This document shows, piece by piece, positions 8,220 to 18,913 of a DNA stretch of 34,799 bases (position 1 is the first letter of the stretch; each line of letters opens with the position of its first letter). The translations under genes and the position numbers were made by a program. The notes under the pieces are model-generated. The model saw nothing but the letters and a program-made list of their open reading frames with translations. It was not told the origin of the DNA and searched no databases. Source of the stretch: a virus (lineage: Duplodnaviria; Caudoviricetes); IMG/VR virus record IMGVR_UViG_3300035561_000221, positions 1 to 34,799 of that record; one strand, written 5' to 3'.

Positions 8220-9756
8220 GTTTACTCAGGCAGATTATAAGAACTTTTCTCAGATAGCCGAAAAGACTGCCAGTGTTAAACCATTTCTCAACGACACACC
8301 TGCCAAGAAATCCAGAAGAATAAAAAAGGCTACTGCAAATAGCTGGCAGGGATTTTCTTATTTCTGTAAAAGTTATTTTCCACATATCTTCAAACTTCCT
8401 TTCTCAGATGATCATAAAGAGATGTTCGAAACTACCGAGTATTACAATGGCATTACTTCCATTACCGGCTATCGTGGTCTTGGTAAAACAGTACTTATGG
8501 GAGTTGTCTATCCTATCTGGAAGATCATCAAAGGTGAGAGATATGTTATCCATACTGCTGCAGATGCTGATCTGGCAGAGGAGAGAACTGCCTTTACCTA
8601 CAATGAGCTAACCAACAATAAAAGGCTTCAATCCGATTTTGAAGGTCTTATCCCTATCGATAAAGATGAATCTGATTTTTATTTGCAAAATAGAACCAGA
8701 ATCCGAGCCAGAGGAATTAAGCAGTCTTTCAGAGGATCTATCAATCCCAGAACATCTACTCGACCTGGTCTGGTAATCTGTGATGATATCGATAAAGAAG
8801 AAAACATTGGAAACCAGAGCATCGGTAGAAAGAAGATGGATAAGATCGTGCAGGAGATCGGTGGTGCTTTAGATCCAAAAGGAAATGGTAAGATCATCTG
8901 GCTGGGAAACCTTGTTCATCCCAATTATGCTATCTGCCAATTTCAGCAAGGCATCATCGATGAGATCAAATCCAACAAGAAAAGATTCAATCCAGATAAG
9001 ATACAGCATCTATTTACCGATGGCAGGAGACTAATGCGATTTCCGGTTGAGCTTAAAAATGGCAAATCCGCTTGGGAAGATCAGTATCCTACCAGTGAAC
9101 TGCCAAAGCTCAAGCAGAAGTTCGGTCTGACTGGTTATCAAAGAGAGTTCTTAGGTAAACCTGTGATTGAAGGTAATATGTTCAAGTTTCACTGGTTTTC
9201 TAAATACTCCAGACTACCAAAACGAATGAAGAAAGTCTGGATGTATGCTGATCCTGCTTGGGGTGAGAAAGGCTGCTACAAAGCTATTATCTCTGTTGGC
9301 TATGATGGTAATCGCTTTTATATCATACATGTCTGGATCAGGCAAACTGAGAACAGCAAGTTCTTCAGTTACTATTATGATGCCTACACTGAGCTTTCCC
9401 AGCGATACGGAATTCACTTTCGATCAGCTATGGAAACTAATTTCGGACAGCACAGAATCCTCAGTGATTTTGATCGCTGGTGTAAGGAGAATAATCGGAA
9501 TCCTATCTCTCATCGCATAAGAAGGATCAATAACGATAAGAACAAAGGTCTCAGGATAGAGCGCACAGACACCGTTATTGAAACCGGAAAAGTGCAATTT
9601 CCTGATGGTCAGGATACTCCCACACTGATCAATCAATTCCTTACCTATCCTGATGGCTATGTAGATGGACCAGATGCTCTTGCCGGATGTCTGGAGAGAT
9701 TTCCGGAATATGATGTCGGCAGAAACAGAGTCAGAGTCAGGAGCTTTTCCTTTTGA
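8212..9756 (+). CDS. Terminase large subunit
   Basis: Walker A GYRGLGKT, Walker B VICDDID, nuclease motifs YADPA and DGPDAL. Confidence 0.92.
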   Translation: MVKFTQADYKNFSQIAEKTASVKPFLNDTPAKKSRRIKKATANSWQGFSYFCKSYFPHIFKLPFSDDHKEMFETTEYYNGITSITGYRGLGKTVLMGVVYPIWKIIKGERYVIHTAADADLAEERTAFTYNELTNNKRLQSDFEGLIPIDKDESDFYLQNRTRIRARGIKQSFRGSINPRTSTRPGLVICDDIDKEENIGNQSIGRKKMDKIVQEIGGALDPKGNGKIIWLGNLVHPNYAICQFQQGIIDEIKSNKKRFNPDKIQHLFTDGRRLMRFPVELKNGKSAWEDQYPTSELPKLKQKFGLTGYQREFLGKPVIEGNMFKFHWFSKYSRLPKRMKKVWMYADPAWGEKGCYKAIISVGYDGNRFYIIHVWIRQTENSKFFSYYYDAYTELSQRYGIHFRSAMETNFGQHRILSDFDRWCKENNRNPISHRIRRINNDKNKGLRIERTDTVIETGKVQFPDGQDTPTLINQFLTYPDGYVDGPDALAGCLERFPEYDVGRNRVRVRSFSF

Positions 9757-10631
9757 ACTATTATGATCAGTTGATGTATAAATATTACCGCATCCTCAAT
9801 AATGCTTGGAAAAAGGAAGTAAAGGATTCGGCAAGGCAGGCAATTCAGATGCTGTCAGATCTTCCAAAAAGTGAGAAGCTCAAAATCAAGCATATTGACG
9901 ACATTTTAGAGATAGTAGGCTCCAACCTTAGTGAAGACTTTTCCTCGCTTGTACGGCAGGATACGAAGGCTTTTATTCAAAAGTCTCTCAGGCTGGGTAT
10001 CAATGATGTTCAGAAGCAGGTTCCGCATAATACTTCTATTGGATTGTATGGGATTCAGGAGAGGAAACTGGAATCACTCATAACCAAGCAAAATCTCTTC
10101 TGGATAGGCAATCGATACGGAACTGATATCGAATCCGGATTTAAAGAAACTCTCAAAGAAGCTGTATCTTCCGGTTATACCAGAGAAATGCTGGCAGATA
10201 AGCTAAAAGAGCAGTTTCAGCACTTAGGTGAGAAATCAGCTCATTACTGGCAAGGGTTAGCAGAGCATACAGCTCTGAGAGTACGAGAATTTGGCAGGCT
10301 GGAAGGCTACAGAAAAGCCGGAGCTAAAGGATATCGATTAGTGGTGATCCTGGATGACAGAACATCTGAGATATGCAGAGCTTTGGCTGCTCAGGATAAG
10401 GTTTATCCTCTGAATGATGCAATAGATGTAATGGAGCAGCTTATGAATATTGATACCCAGAAGCATTCACTGGAAACAGTTAGAGAAATGACTAAGGAAA
10501 TTGCGCCTTGGGTATCGGAAAAACAGATTGAATATGATCCGCATGGAAAAGCGATTGGTGTGTCCGGAAATCATACTCCGTTTCCACCGTTTCATTGGAA
10601 GTGTAGGACGACTACGGAGATTGTGTATTAG
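9753..10631 (+). CDS. Mu gpF / SPP1 gp7-like minor head protein
   Basis: DDRTSEIC and PPFHWKCRT motifs. Confidence 0.88.
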   Translation: MNYYDQLMYKYYRILNNAWKKEVKDSARQAIQMLSDLPKSEKLKIKHIDDILEIVGSNLSEDFSSLVRQDTKAFIQKSLRLGINDVQKQVPHNTSIGLYGIQERKLESLITKQNLFWIGNRYGTDIESGFKETLKEAVSSGYTREMLADKLKEQFQHLGEKSAHYWQGLAEHTALRVREFGRLEGYRKAGAKGYRLVVILDDRTSEICRALAAQDKVYPLNDAIDVMEQLMNIDTQKHSLETVREMTKEIAPWVSEKQIEYDPHGKAIGVSGNHTPFPPFHWKCRTTTEIVY

Positions 10632-13600
10632 TGATTTCTTTAGTTTTCTTACTTTGGATCTGAAGTTGCGCTGTTATTTTGATGTCAAAATGTTTTTCAA
10701 TTTTTGGTTTCATTTTATAATCCACATTATGCATATAAAGATATCTATAAATGAGGTGTCTTAACATATTATAAACGAATAAATTATCTTTGTAATTCTC
10801 TTTCATTTGGATTAGTTCAGTTAATGGTAACTCGTGATTAAATTCCATTCTCATAACTAAATAAATAATTTCATACGCAGGATGTTGATTCTCTTCAACA
10901 ATTTTGCTGTTATCATCGAGTAAATCTTTATCTCCCAAAGATAATGAAGTTTTCATTAGAATGGCATTTATTGTTGAAAATGATAATGCAAGAAGAAATT
11001 TACGAGCCATTTTTTCAAGTTTATCTTCGTCAATATTTGTATGGTTATTAGCTTCTAAGATTTTTTCTTTGATGAAATCAGCAGTGATATCTAAAGTTTC
11101 TTCATGTGCTTTCATTAAAAAATTTAATAATCTTAAACTTGAGTCTATTGATTCTTTGGTAAATTTCTGAATATTCTTTTTAGGCAATGAACCTGCTCTA
11201 TTCTTTAATATTTGACCATAAATTTCAAGGTACTTAACTTGAATTAATACTTTATTGAAAATATTTTCGTCAATTTCATCATCAGAATCAGATTTGTCCT
11301 GTTCAACTATATCTTCATCTTCTTTATCATTATTCCGGTATTCTATTTCATCTCGTTTCTTCTGAATTTCTTCTCTTTGCTTTAAAATACTTTCCTTTTC
11401 TTCAATTACTAAACCGGGTACTTCTTTAAACAAACCATTTAAATACTCTGTACTTTTAGAATTTAATAACTCTATATCATTATCACTGAAAAGGTTAGTT
11501 ACATTCTTCAGTAATCCTTCCCAAAATGAAGAATCTTCTAAGAAATGTGTTAAAAAAATCAAGATATTAGCATTCTGATACAAGTAAACTTTAGAGCATA
11601 TTTTCTCAATTTCCTTTTTAACAGTATCATCTTCATAGTTTTTTGATATATATCGAGCCGTACAAAAATAATACACATAAGGATGATTAAATACAATTCG
11701 ATCATCCTCTGTGGTCTTAAGAATTCGTGCTGTAATCAAATTACTCAATACCACCTCAGAGCTGGCTGGAGGATTATATTCTTCTATATATGTTTTATAG
11801 AAAGAATCAAAATCATCTCTTGAAATAGAGTGAGATTCTATAATATATAATTTGTATGCAAAATGTGATAGAAAATTCATATAAGCATCAAATTTATCTG
11901 AAATAACACGAGATAGTGCAAAGTTAATAAATGAAGCATAACAATCACCATACTTTGTAAGTTTATAGTTGCTTGCAATACTGGAAGTACTTATTTGAAG
12001 AATATTTAGAAGGTAAAACGGATAAGGCTCAATTACTTTTGTTAATGTAACAGCGGAGACTTTTTTGTGCATATCCTCTAATGCATGAACTATTTGATTT
12101 TCTTCAAAAACAGAATCTTGAGAGAGTTCAATCCATTTCTTATAAAGCTCATCTCTTTTAGATATCCCAAAAGGTTTGATTTTTAGAATGGAAGCATCCT
12201 TCCAATATAAATCATGAAATTCTTTTTTTGCTCTGTAAACCTCTACATCACTCATAGTTAAGATTATTTTTCCTGAAAATTCTATTAAATATTCTAAAAT
12301 AAGCTTTTTCGTTTCGTGGTTTATAGGAGATTTATCAAAATCATCGATCATTACAATTCTCTGTTCTTTTGGTAATGATGTATATGCATCCCAATCTAAA
12401 TTTTGATATTGTTTATTTAAAGAAGTTTTCAGATGTCTAACAATATTTTTATTTTTTAAATGTTTACCATTAATATAAAGAGGAATAGTGCTACGTAGAT
12501 AAAAGGAATAGCTATACTTCAATAGCGAAGTCTTGCCTGACTGTTCAGCTCCAACTATTATTACTTTCTTATTAGTGTCTTCTTCAATCGCTTTAGAGAA
12601 ACAAGTATAATTTGGATCTATACTTTCCACTGCAATATCTTCTACATGAGGAGCTACGAAAACATCATCTAAACTAAGTTCTCCTTTGATTGGATGTGTT
12701 AATTTAAAACCGTTATCATTTAAGAAATATTTAAAATTGTCAGTAAGTTTAATTCTATGATGAGCTTTTAGCTCTGTACTCTTATCTAATACTGTTTTAA
12801 AAACACCTTCCGATAACTTAAAGGATTTGAAAATCTGTGCTTTTTCAGCCAAATCTAAAATTATTAAATTAAAACCAGAATCATCTAATCCATTATATTG
12901 ACATGTAGTAACTATTGCAGCATAATCATTATCAATATCACTATTTACACTATTTGCACCTTCCTGATGTTCATGACCAGATAGGATGATATTTGAAAAA
13001 TCAATTATAGAATCAATATATTTCTTCTTATCAAATGACTTTGGGGTGAGCCAATTAAAGGGATGATGGAATACTGTAATATTTATTGATTTGTCTGGTA
13101 TGTCAATTTCATTAATGATATCATTATTGGGAATCCAAACAGCAGCAGGATTCTCATGTCTTAAAGACAACCATGATGTATTTATTAGCTGAAATACTAT
13201 TTTGTAACCATTTATATCATAATATCCTATATATACTAACTTGTCTGAATGCAACACATTTAAAAACTTGAATTTCTTACTGAAATCATAGAAATTTCTT
13301 AAGACAGAACAACAAGTATCGATTCTATTTCCAGAAGTATCAAAATTAGTTAGAATTTTGTTAATAGTATCTTCTCTTGAGGTGTTGTCCTCATCTAAAA
13401 TTGCATCATGATTGCCTGGAGCAAATAGTAAGTTTATTTTCTTGTCTTTTAGTTTGTCTTTTATACCCTCAATAATAAGTTCAGCATAATCATACTCATC
13501 TTTATCACCACTTTGCACTAAATCACCGGAGATTACTAAAAAGATATTTTCAATTCCGACAGTTTCTGAGATAATTTTGTTTGCTAACAGATCGATTGAC

Positions 13601-13668
13601 TTTTCAATATCATCAATATTTGCTTTAGATATATGTAAATCACCAATATGTACTATTCCTAATTTCAT
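10612..13668 (-). CDS. Calcineurin-like metallophosphoesterase fused to STAND-type P-loop NTPase and helical C-terminus; probable anti-phage protein
   Basis: MPE motifs GDLH, SGD, GNHD, HHP, GHEH; Walker A GAEQSGKTS, Walker B VMIDDFD; FNHPYVYYF winged-helix motif. AAGGAG SD. Confidence 0.85.
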   Translation of the reverse strand: MKLGIVHIGDLHISKANIDDIEKSIDLLANKIISETVGIENIFLVISGDLVQSGDKDEYDYAELIIEGIKDKLKDKKINLLFAPGNHDAILDEDNTSREDTINKILTNFDTSGNRIDTCCSVLRNFYDFSKKFKFLNVLHSDKLVYIGYYDINGYKIVFQLINTSWLSLRHENPAAVWIPNNDIINEIDIPDKSINITVFHHPFNWLTPKSFDKKKYIDSIIDFSNIILSGHEHQEGANSVNSDIDNDYAAIVTTCQYNGLDDSGFNLIILDLAEKAQIFKSFKLSEGVFKTVLDKSTELKAHHRIKLTDNFKYFLNDNGFKLTHPIKGELSLDDVFVAPHVEDIAVESIDPNYTCFSKAIEEDTNKKVIIVGAEQSGKTSLLKYSYSFYLRSTIPLYINGKHLKNKNIVRHLKTSLNKQYQNLDWDAYTSLPKEQRIVMIDDFDKSPINHETKKLILEYLIEFSGKIILTMSDVEVYRAKKEFHDLYWKDASILKIKPFGISKRDELYKKWIELSQDSVFEENQIVHALEDMHKKVSAVTLTKVIEPYPFYLLNILQISTSSIASNYKLTKYGDCYASFINFALSRVISDKFDAYMNFLSHFAYKLYIIESHSISRDDFDSFYKTYIEEYNPPASSEVVLSNLITARILKTTEDDRIVFNHPYVYYFCTARYISKNYEDDTVKKEIEKICSKVYLYQNANILIFLTHFLEDSSFWEGLLKNVTNLFSDNDIELLNSKSTEYLNGLFKEVPGLVIEEKESILKQREEIQKKRDEIEYRNNDKEDEDIVEQDKSDSDDEIDENIFNKVLIQVKYLEIYGQILKNRAGSLPKKNIQKFTKESIDSSLRLLNFLMKAHEETLDITADFIKEKILEANNHTNIDEDKLEKMARKFLLALSFSTINAILMKTSLSLGDKDLLDDNSKIVEENQHPAYEIIYLVMRMEFNHELPLTELIQMKENYKDNLFVYNMLRHLIYRYLYMHNVDYKMKPKIEKHFDIKITAQLQIQSKKTKEITNTQSP

Positions 13669-13698
13669 TTTAACTCCTTGCTAACCATGATAATCAGT

Positions 13699-16272
13699 CT
13701 ATTTTTCTCCCCACACTTCACCAATTTTTTGTTCAATCTTATTTTCCATCATATTGGTTAGTTTCTTACATTCCTCAACTACTTTTATCTCATCTTCTAT
13801 AACCGCAATTATTTTCTTCTGAATACTAATAGAAGGTACTGGGATATCAAATTGTTTGATTTGATTCGTATTTAAGTTTTTAAATACAGCACCAACTGAC
13901 TGATTATTATTTGACGATTGTTTAAGTAATAGTATAAAATATAAGAATTCTGGTATTATTTTTCTTGAAAGATCTCTAAAGCCCACAAAACCGTCATGAA
14001 TACAGGCATCAACCGATAATATTGTAGTTAACCCAGGATTACCACTTACAGCCATAACAACTTCACCTTTTTTCATTGGTCGACTTTTTTTTGCACCTTC
14101 AAAAGTTAAAAAATCGGTTTTTGGTGTTGTATACATTCCATCCCTTGTTACATCAGCAATCATAAGTCGAGGAACATTACCTCCATAATACTTCGGATCA
14201 CCCTTTGGACGAGGAGAGCTACCACGAACTAAGGTACAAAGTTCATTTACTTTTTGTGTGTTCCAATTAGGGTCAATACGAAAACTTGGTTTCCAATTTT
14301 CTATAACTTGTTTAGCTCCATCTATGACCTTTTGATATTGTTTAATTTCAGCCACGATTTGCTCTTGAACTTCCAGCGGTGGAAGTGGGAATTTGAGTGT
14401 TCTTAAATCTTTGTTAGAAATATGTAAAATATTTACTCCCTTTGCATAAGAGGCTAACACTTTTTTCAAAGGAGGATTACTTATTAACAAAGCTAAATAA
14501 TCTGATAAAATTGTTTCATTATTTGTTCTTATAATATTTATATCGCCACCTAAGATTACACCATCTTCATTTAATGACCTTGCAACTGCAATCCCCATTG
14601 CATCAGCAGTAGTAGTTGAAGGTACAAGAACATCTCCTTTTATAGATAATATTTTGCCTTTGAAATTTGTTCTGCTAACAACTTCCTTTATTAATGGCTG
14701 ATACATAGTATAGATTTCTCCATAATGAATACATTTATATTGACCATCTTTATCAATATCTTTTTTTGATAAGCCCTGACCTCGCAAAAAATGGATTTTT
14801 TTTTCTAATTCTAATTCTTCTAATCCTGTCATTGTCCATTCTGCACTATTCCCAATAGTTAATTTTCTATATCTGTCACTTGTTAAATTATACTCTCCAT
14901 TTTCTGCAATTTTTGATTTCTTCACTGAAAGAACCATAGATTGTTTACTTTTATCATCTACTATTTTTGTTTCTTTCCATTGCTTTAAAATTTCTAAGGC
15001 TTGTGGTAGATCATTTTTATCTATTTTTCGTCTTTGGGCACCAAGATCAAAACCGTCATTCTCAACTTTTACAAACAAAATCTCATCATTATGTTTTGCC
15101 AGTGCTTTATCTAATATCAAAATTGATGTTTTAACACCTGAATATGGCTGAAATACACCACTCGGTAAGCTGATTACCGCCCATAAACCCCAATTTTCAA
15201 TTAGATTTTTCCTAAGACTTTTATATGCATTGCTGGCTTGAAAAATGATACCTTCAGGCACAATAATGCCTGCTCTACCACCAATCTTAAGATGTTCAGC
15301 AATATAATCTACAAACAAGACCTCCGATCTTCTTGCCTGAACACTAAAACGCTTATGAGGAGTTATCCCTCCTTTAGGAGTCATAAAAGGTGGATTTGCA
15401 AGGATCACATCATAATCTTCATCCCAGCGTTTTTCATCACTTAAGGTATCATATTCATAGATTTGTGGTTCTTTAAAACCATGAAGATATAAATTTACAA
15501 GAGCAAGTTTAACCATATCAGGAGAAATATCATATCCATTAATATTTTTTGTTAATTTGATTTTCTCATCTGGAGAAAGCAAGTCACCTGTGTAGACTTT
15601 CTTGTCAGCAATAATAGTTTCAGTAGCTGTTTCACCTTGTTCAACAACACCATTTCCGTTTTTAGTTTCAGATGAATTTGTTTTCAAAATATGCTTAAAT
15701 GAAGATATGAGAAATCCAGCAGTTCCACAAGCTGGATCGAGGATTGTTTCATGTTTTTTGGGTTCAATAATACTCACAATAAAATCTATAATATGACGAG
15801 GAGTTCTAAACTGACCAGCATCACCTTGAGAACCGAGAATTGATAATAAGTATTCAAATGCATTTCCAAGATTTTCACTATGATCATATTGAAAATTATT
15901 GATTTCTTTTAGAAATAAATTCAGTGTTCTTGCATCCCTAAAAGGTAGAAATGCTCCTTTGAATATGTCTCTAAATAATTGTGGTATATACGGATTCTGT
16001 GGCATTTTAGCAATAGCTTGGACATAAAGATCAAGACGACTTTGACCTGACATCTTGGAATCCATTAACTTTGACCAAGCAAATTCTTTATATTCTTTTA
16101 TGAAAAACTGAGGTTGAAGACCGACTTCGATATTTTCCCGATCCATATCATCCATGAATTTGTATATCAAAGCTGTGGTGATTTGTTCTACTTGAGCTTT
16201 TGGGTCTGGTACTTTACCAACCAGAATATTTCTGGCAGAGTCAATTTGTCTTTTTATATCAGCATTCAGCAT
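13699..16272 (-). CDS. hsdM: Type I R-M methyltransferase fused to specificity subunit (HsdM-HsdS)
   Basis: GQFRTPR, DPACGTAGF, ANPPF; C-terminal about 380 aa has two TRD-like units ending in FPLPPLEVQEQIV and IPVPSISIQKKII. Confidence 0.9.
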   Translation of the reverse strand: MLNADIKRQIDSARNILVGKVPDPKAQVEQITTALIYKFMDDMDRENIEVGLQPQFFIKEYKEFAWSKLMDSKMSGQSRLDLYVQAIAKMPQNPYIPQLFRDIFKGAFLPFRDARTLNLFLKEINNFQYDHSENLGNAFEYLLSILGSQGDAGQFRTPRHIIDFIVSIIEPKKHETILDPACGTAGFLISSFKHILKTNSSETKNGNGVVEQGETATETIIADKKVYTGDLLSPDEKIKLTKNINGYDISPDMVKLALVNLYLHGFKEPQIYEYDTLSDEKRWDEDYDVILANPPFMTPKGGITPHKRFSVQARRSEVLFVDYIAEHLKIGGRAGIIVPEGIIFQASNAYKSLRKNLIENWGLWAVISLPSGVFQPYSGVKTSILILDKALAKHNDEILFVKVENDGFDLGAQRRKIDKNDLPQALEILKQWKETKIVDDKSKQSMVLSVKKSKIAENGEYNLTSDRYRKLTIGNSAEWTMTGLEELELEKKIHFLRGQGLSKKDIDKDGQYKCIHYGEIYTMYQPLIKEVVSRTNFKGKILSIKGDVLVPSTTTADAMGIAVARSLNEDGVILGGDINIIRTNNETILSDYLALLISNPPLKKVLASYAKGVNILHISNKDLRTLKFPLPPLEVQEQIVAEIKQYQKVIDGAKQVIENWKPSFRIDPNWNTQKVNELCTLVRGSSPRPKGDPKYYGGNVPRLMIADVTRDGMYTTPKTDFLTFEGAKKSRPMKKGEVVMAVSGNPGLTTILSVDACIHDGFVGFRDLSRKIIPEFLYFILLLKQSSNNNQSVGAVFKNLNTNQIKQFDIPVPSISIQKKIIAVIEDEIKVVEECKKLTNMMENKIEQKIGEVWGEK

Positions 16273-16280
16273 CTACACTC

Positions 16281-18785
16281 CTAATTCATATATGTATTTA
16301 TTCTAACATAATCTTTTACATAAAGTGGGATGGTTTCTCTCCAACCATTCAAAGCTTTATATTCTTCAAATGTGAAACCTGCATAATCTCTTGGGAAACG
16401 ATTATTATTCAACTCGTTTCTGAAGTATTCATCTGCCACAAAAGCTTTTAGGAAGTTCTTAATATAAGGTATATATTTACTTTCCGGTTTATAAATCGAT
16501 ATAAATTTCTCACATTCATCTTCCAGAAGCTCATCTCTACTTTTGAAGTGTTTTATCAATCCAAAAATCCTTTCCAAGAATTCTCTCCAAGTTATACGAC
16601 GATCAAGATTCTGGCTCTTTCTAATTTTATCGAGATTTAAGAATAGTTCAGGTTTATTTTCATACTTTTCACGCAAAATTCTAATAGCCTGATCCCATAA
16701 ATCATCTTCAACAGCCTTTTTAACATCTTCGTCATTTATAATTGCAGCTTGAGCTTTTTCAAATAATTTGCGATCTATTTTCATCCCATCTAAACCAATC
16801 TCGGTTTCTTTAATGGTTTTTACAAAATCAGGATCTGTTATTTCGACATTGCCTGATACTGGAGGTGGTTCAGGAGGTTCACCAGTTGTTCCTGTCTGCA
16901 CTGGAAGTTTGATAACTTCATCATAATTGTATTTTTCTTCAAAGTACTCACAATTAGCAAAAAAGTCGAATAACTTGAAATTCTTTTTACTTACTTCATG
17001 GTTTTCATTGTACTCATCAATATATTTAAAATCAAATTTACGTGTTCCTCGACCTTTAATCTGGATAAAATCAGTTGGTGAAAAAATAGGTCTCAGAAGT
17101 CCAATATTCAAAATGTCTTCACAATCATATCCAGTTGTCATCATTCCTACAGTTACACAAACTCGGGCTTTACTCGATTTATAAGCCTCCAAGAATCTTG
17201 TATGACCACGTAGATTGTTATTTGCGAAATTGATTGAATACTGTTGAGCGTTCGGAATTCTGGAAGTTATCTGGATAGCAAAATCAGAATTGTATTTATT
17301 GGGATACATCTTATCTGCTATTTGATTCAATAATTGAGTAATTTTAGAAGCATGATTTTGGCTGACGCAGAATACTATGCTTTTGCCCACTTCTTTGCTT
17401 ATTGGGTCTTTAAGAGCATTTTCAATGAAGGTCTTACAGAAAACGAAATTAGTCTTTTTAGAGAAAAATTTCCTTTCAAAATCCTTCTGGAAGAAAGTTT
17501 CCTCTTCTTCTCCTTCTTCCTTTTCGACCATTACAGAATAGCCTTCATCAGAAAGCAATTGTGTTGTTATATCAGTACGAGCATCAACTACAATCGGACT
17601 TATCAAATATCCGTCTTTTACTCCATCAATCAAGCTATATTTATAAGTAGGTTCTCCGGAATTACAACCGAAAGTAGTATAAGTATCAAGTAATTGCCTC
17701 TTCTCCCATGCTCTGGGATCATTTACTGACAGCTCATCTGAATTAATATTCTTCAGGTAATCCTTCGGAGTAGCAGTTAAACCTAATTTGTAACCTATAA
17801 AATATTCAAATACGGCTCTGGAATTTCCTCCTATTGCTCTGTGGCACTCATCAGCAATTAACAAGTCAAAATCGGTAGGTGAGAATAATTTCTTGTATTT
17901 GTCTTGTGTAGTAAGGCTTTGAATAGTAGTGACAACGATCTCAGCTTTTTTCCAATCATCTCGATTTTGTTTGTAGATAACGCTTAAGTAGTCATTTTTA
18001 AGATATCTCTCAAAGTTTTTATGAGCTTGATCTTCTAATTCTAACCTATCAACGATGAACAGAACTCGTTTTGCATTCCCAGTTCTTAAAAACAATTTGA
18101 TGATAGCTGCTGAAATTAGTGTTTTACCTGTTCCTGTAGCCATTTCGAATAAATATCTGTCATTCCCTTCTTTTGCAGAGGATTGAAGCGATTTGATTGC
18201 TTTTAATTGGTAAGGTCTTAGAATGCGGAGATTGTTGTCATACAAATACTGATCTCTTGTAGATTCGTTTTTGAACAATGGATCTGATTTAAAAGAAGGA
18301 TTTTGAGAGATAGCAATATAATCATTCTCAACTATTTCATCTGCGAGCTTTGTATTATTTGGTTTGAAATCAAGCCGATGTTCTAACGATTCTTGAGTTG
18401 GAAATTCAGTAATAACCTCCGGAGTACCTCTTTCTAAATCCCAGAAATAATGGAGGTTACCATTTGATAGGATTACAAAGCGGACATTTTGAGAATAAGC
18501 ATAATCACGAGCCTGCTCTTTTGCATCAAGAGGATTGATATCTTCTTTTTTAGCTTCCAACACAACTAAAGGGAAACCATTACTATCGAGTAAAAGAAAA
18601 TCAACAAATCCGTTTTTGGTGATCTCAAAATCTTCACCAAAACTATCAATTTGCTGGTGAGTTATTTTCACATTCGGTTCTAACTGAATATTAGCAGTTT
18701 TTCCATTTTCATCAAAGAATAACCAGCCAGAATCTTCCAATAATCGATTTATCTTAATCCTTGCCTTTGCCTCTTTTTCTCGCAT
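16281..18785 (-). CDS. hsdR: Type I restriction subunit R (EcoEI/EcoAI-like)
   Basis: Nuclease VDFLL...VLEAKK; helicase motifs MATGTGKT, DECH, TAT, TTGYD, QIKGRGTR. Confidence 0.92.
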   Translation of the reverse strand: MREKEAKARIKINRLLEDSGWLFFDENGKTANIQLEPNVKITHQQIDSFGEDFEITKNGFVDFLLLDSNGFPLVVLEAKKEDINPLDAKEQARDYAYSQNVRFVILSNGNLHYFWDLERGTPEVITEFPTQESLEHRLDFKPNNTKLADEIVENDYIAISQNPSFKSDPLFKNESTRDQYLYDNNLRILRPYQLKAIKSLQSSAKEGNDRYLFEMATGTGKTLISAAIIKLFLRTGNAKRVLFIVDRLELEDQAHKNFERYLKNDYLSVIYKQNRDDWKKAEIVVTTIQSLTTQDKYKKLFSPTDFDLLIADECHRAIGGNSRAVFEYFIGYKLGLTATPKDYLKNINSDELSVNDPRAWEKRQLLDTYTTFGCNSGEPTYKYSLIDGVKDGYLISPIVVDARTDITTQLLSDEGYSVMVEKEEGEEEETFFQKDFERKFFSKKTNFVFCKTFIENALKDPISKEVGKSIVFCVSQNHASKITQLLNQIADKMYPNKYNSDFAIQITSRIPNAQQYSINFANNNLRGHTRFLEAYKSSKARVCVTVGMMTTGYDCEDILNIGLLRPIFSPTDFIQIKGRGTRKFDFKYIDEYNENHEVSKKNFKLFDFFANCEYFEEKYNYDEVIKLPVQTGTTGEPPEPPPVSGNVEITDPDFVKTIKETEIGLDGMKIDRKLFEKAQAAIINDEDVKKAVEDDLWDQAIRILREKYENKPELFLNLDKIRKSQNLDRRITWREFLERIFGLIKHFKSRDELLEDECEKFISIYKPESKYIPYIKNFLKAFVADEYFRNELNNNRFPRDYAGFTFEEYKALNGWRETIPLYVKDYVRINTYMN

Positions 18786-18913
18786 TCTCTGTACCTTCTT
18801 TAATTAACTTGAACTGACCACATGATCTGAATAACCTAATCCGTCAATAAGATTCTATGGTAAACCATCACAACTCGATTTGCTTTATACTGTTACGTAA
18901 TCTTAATACCCCC

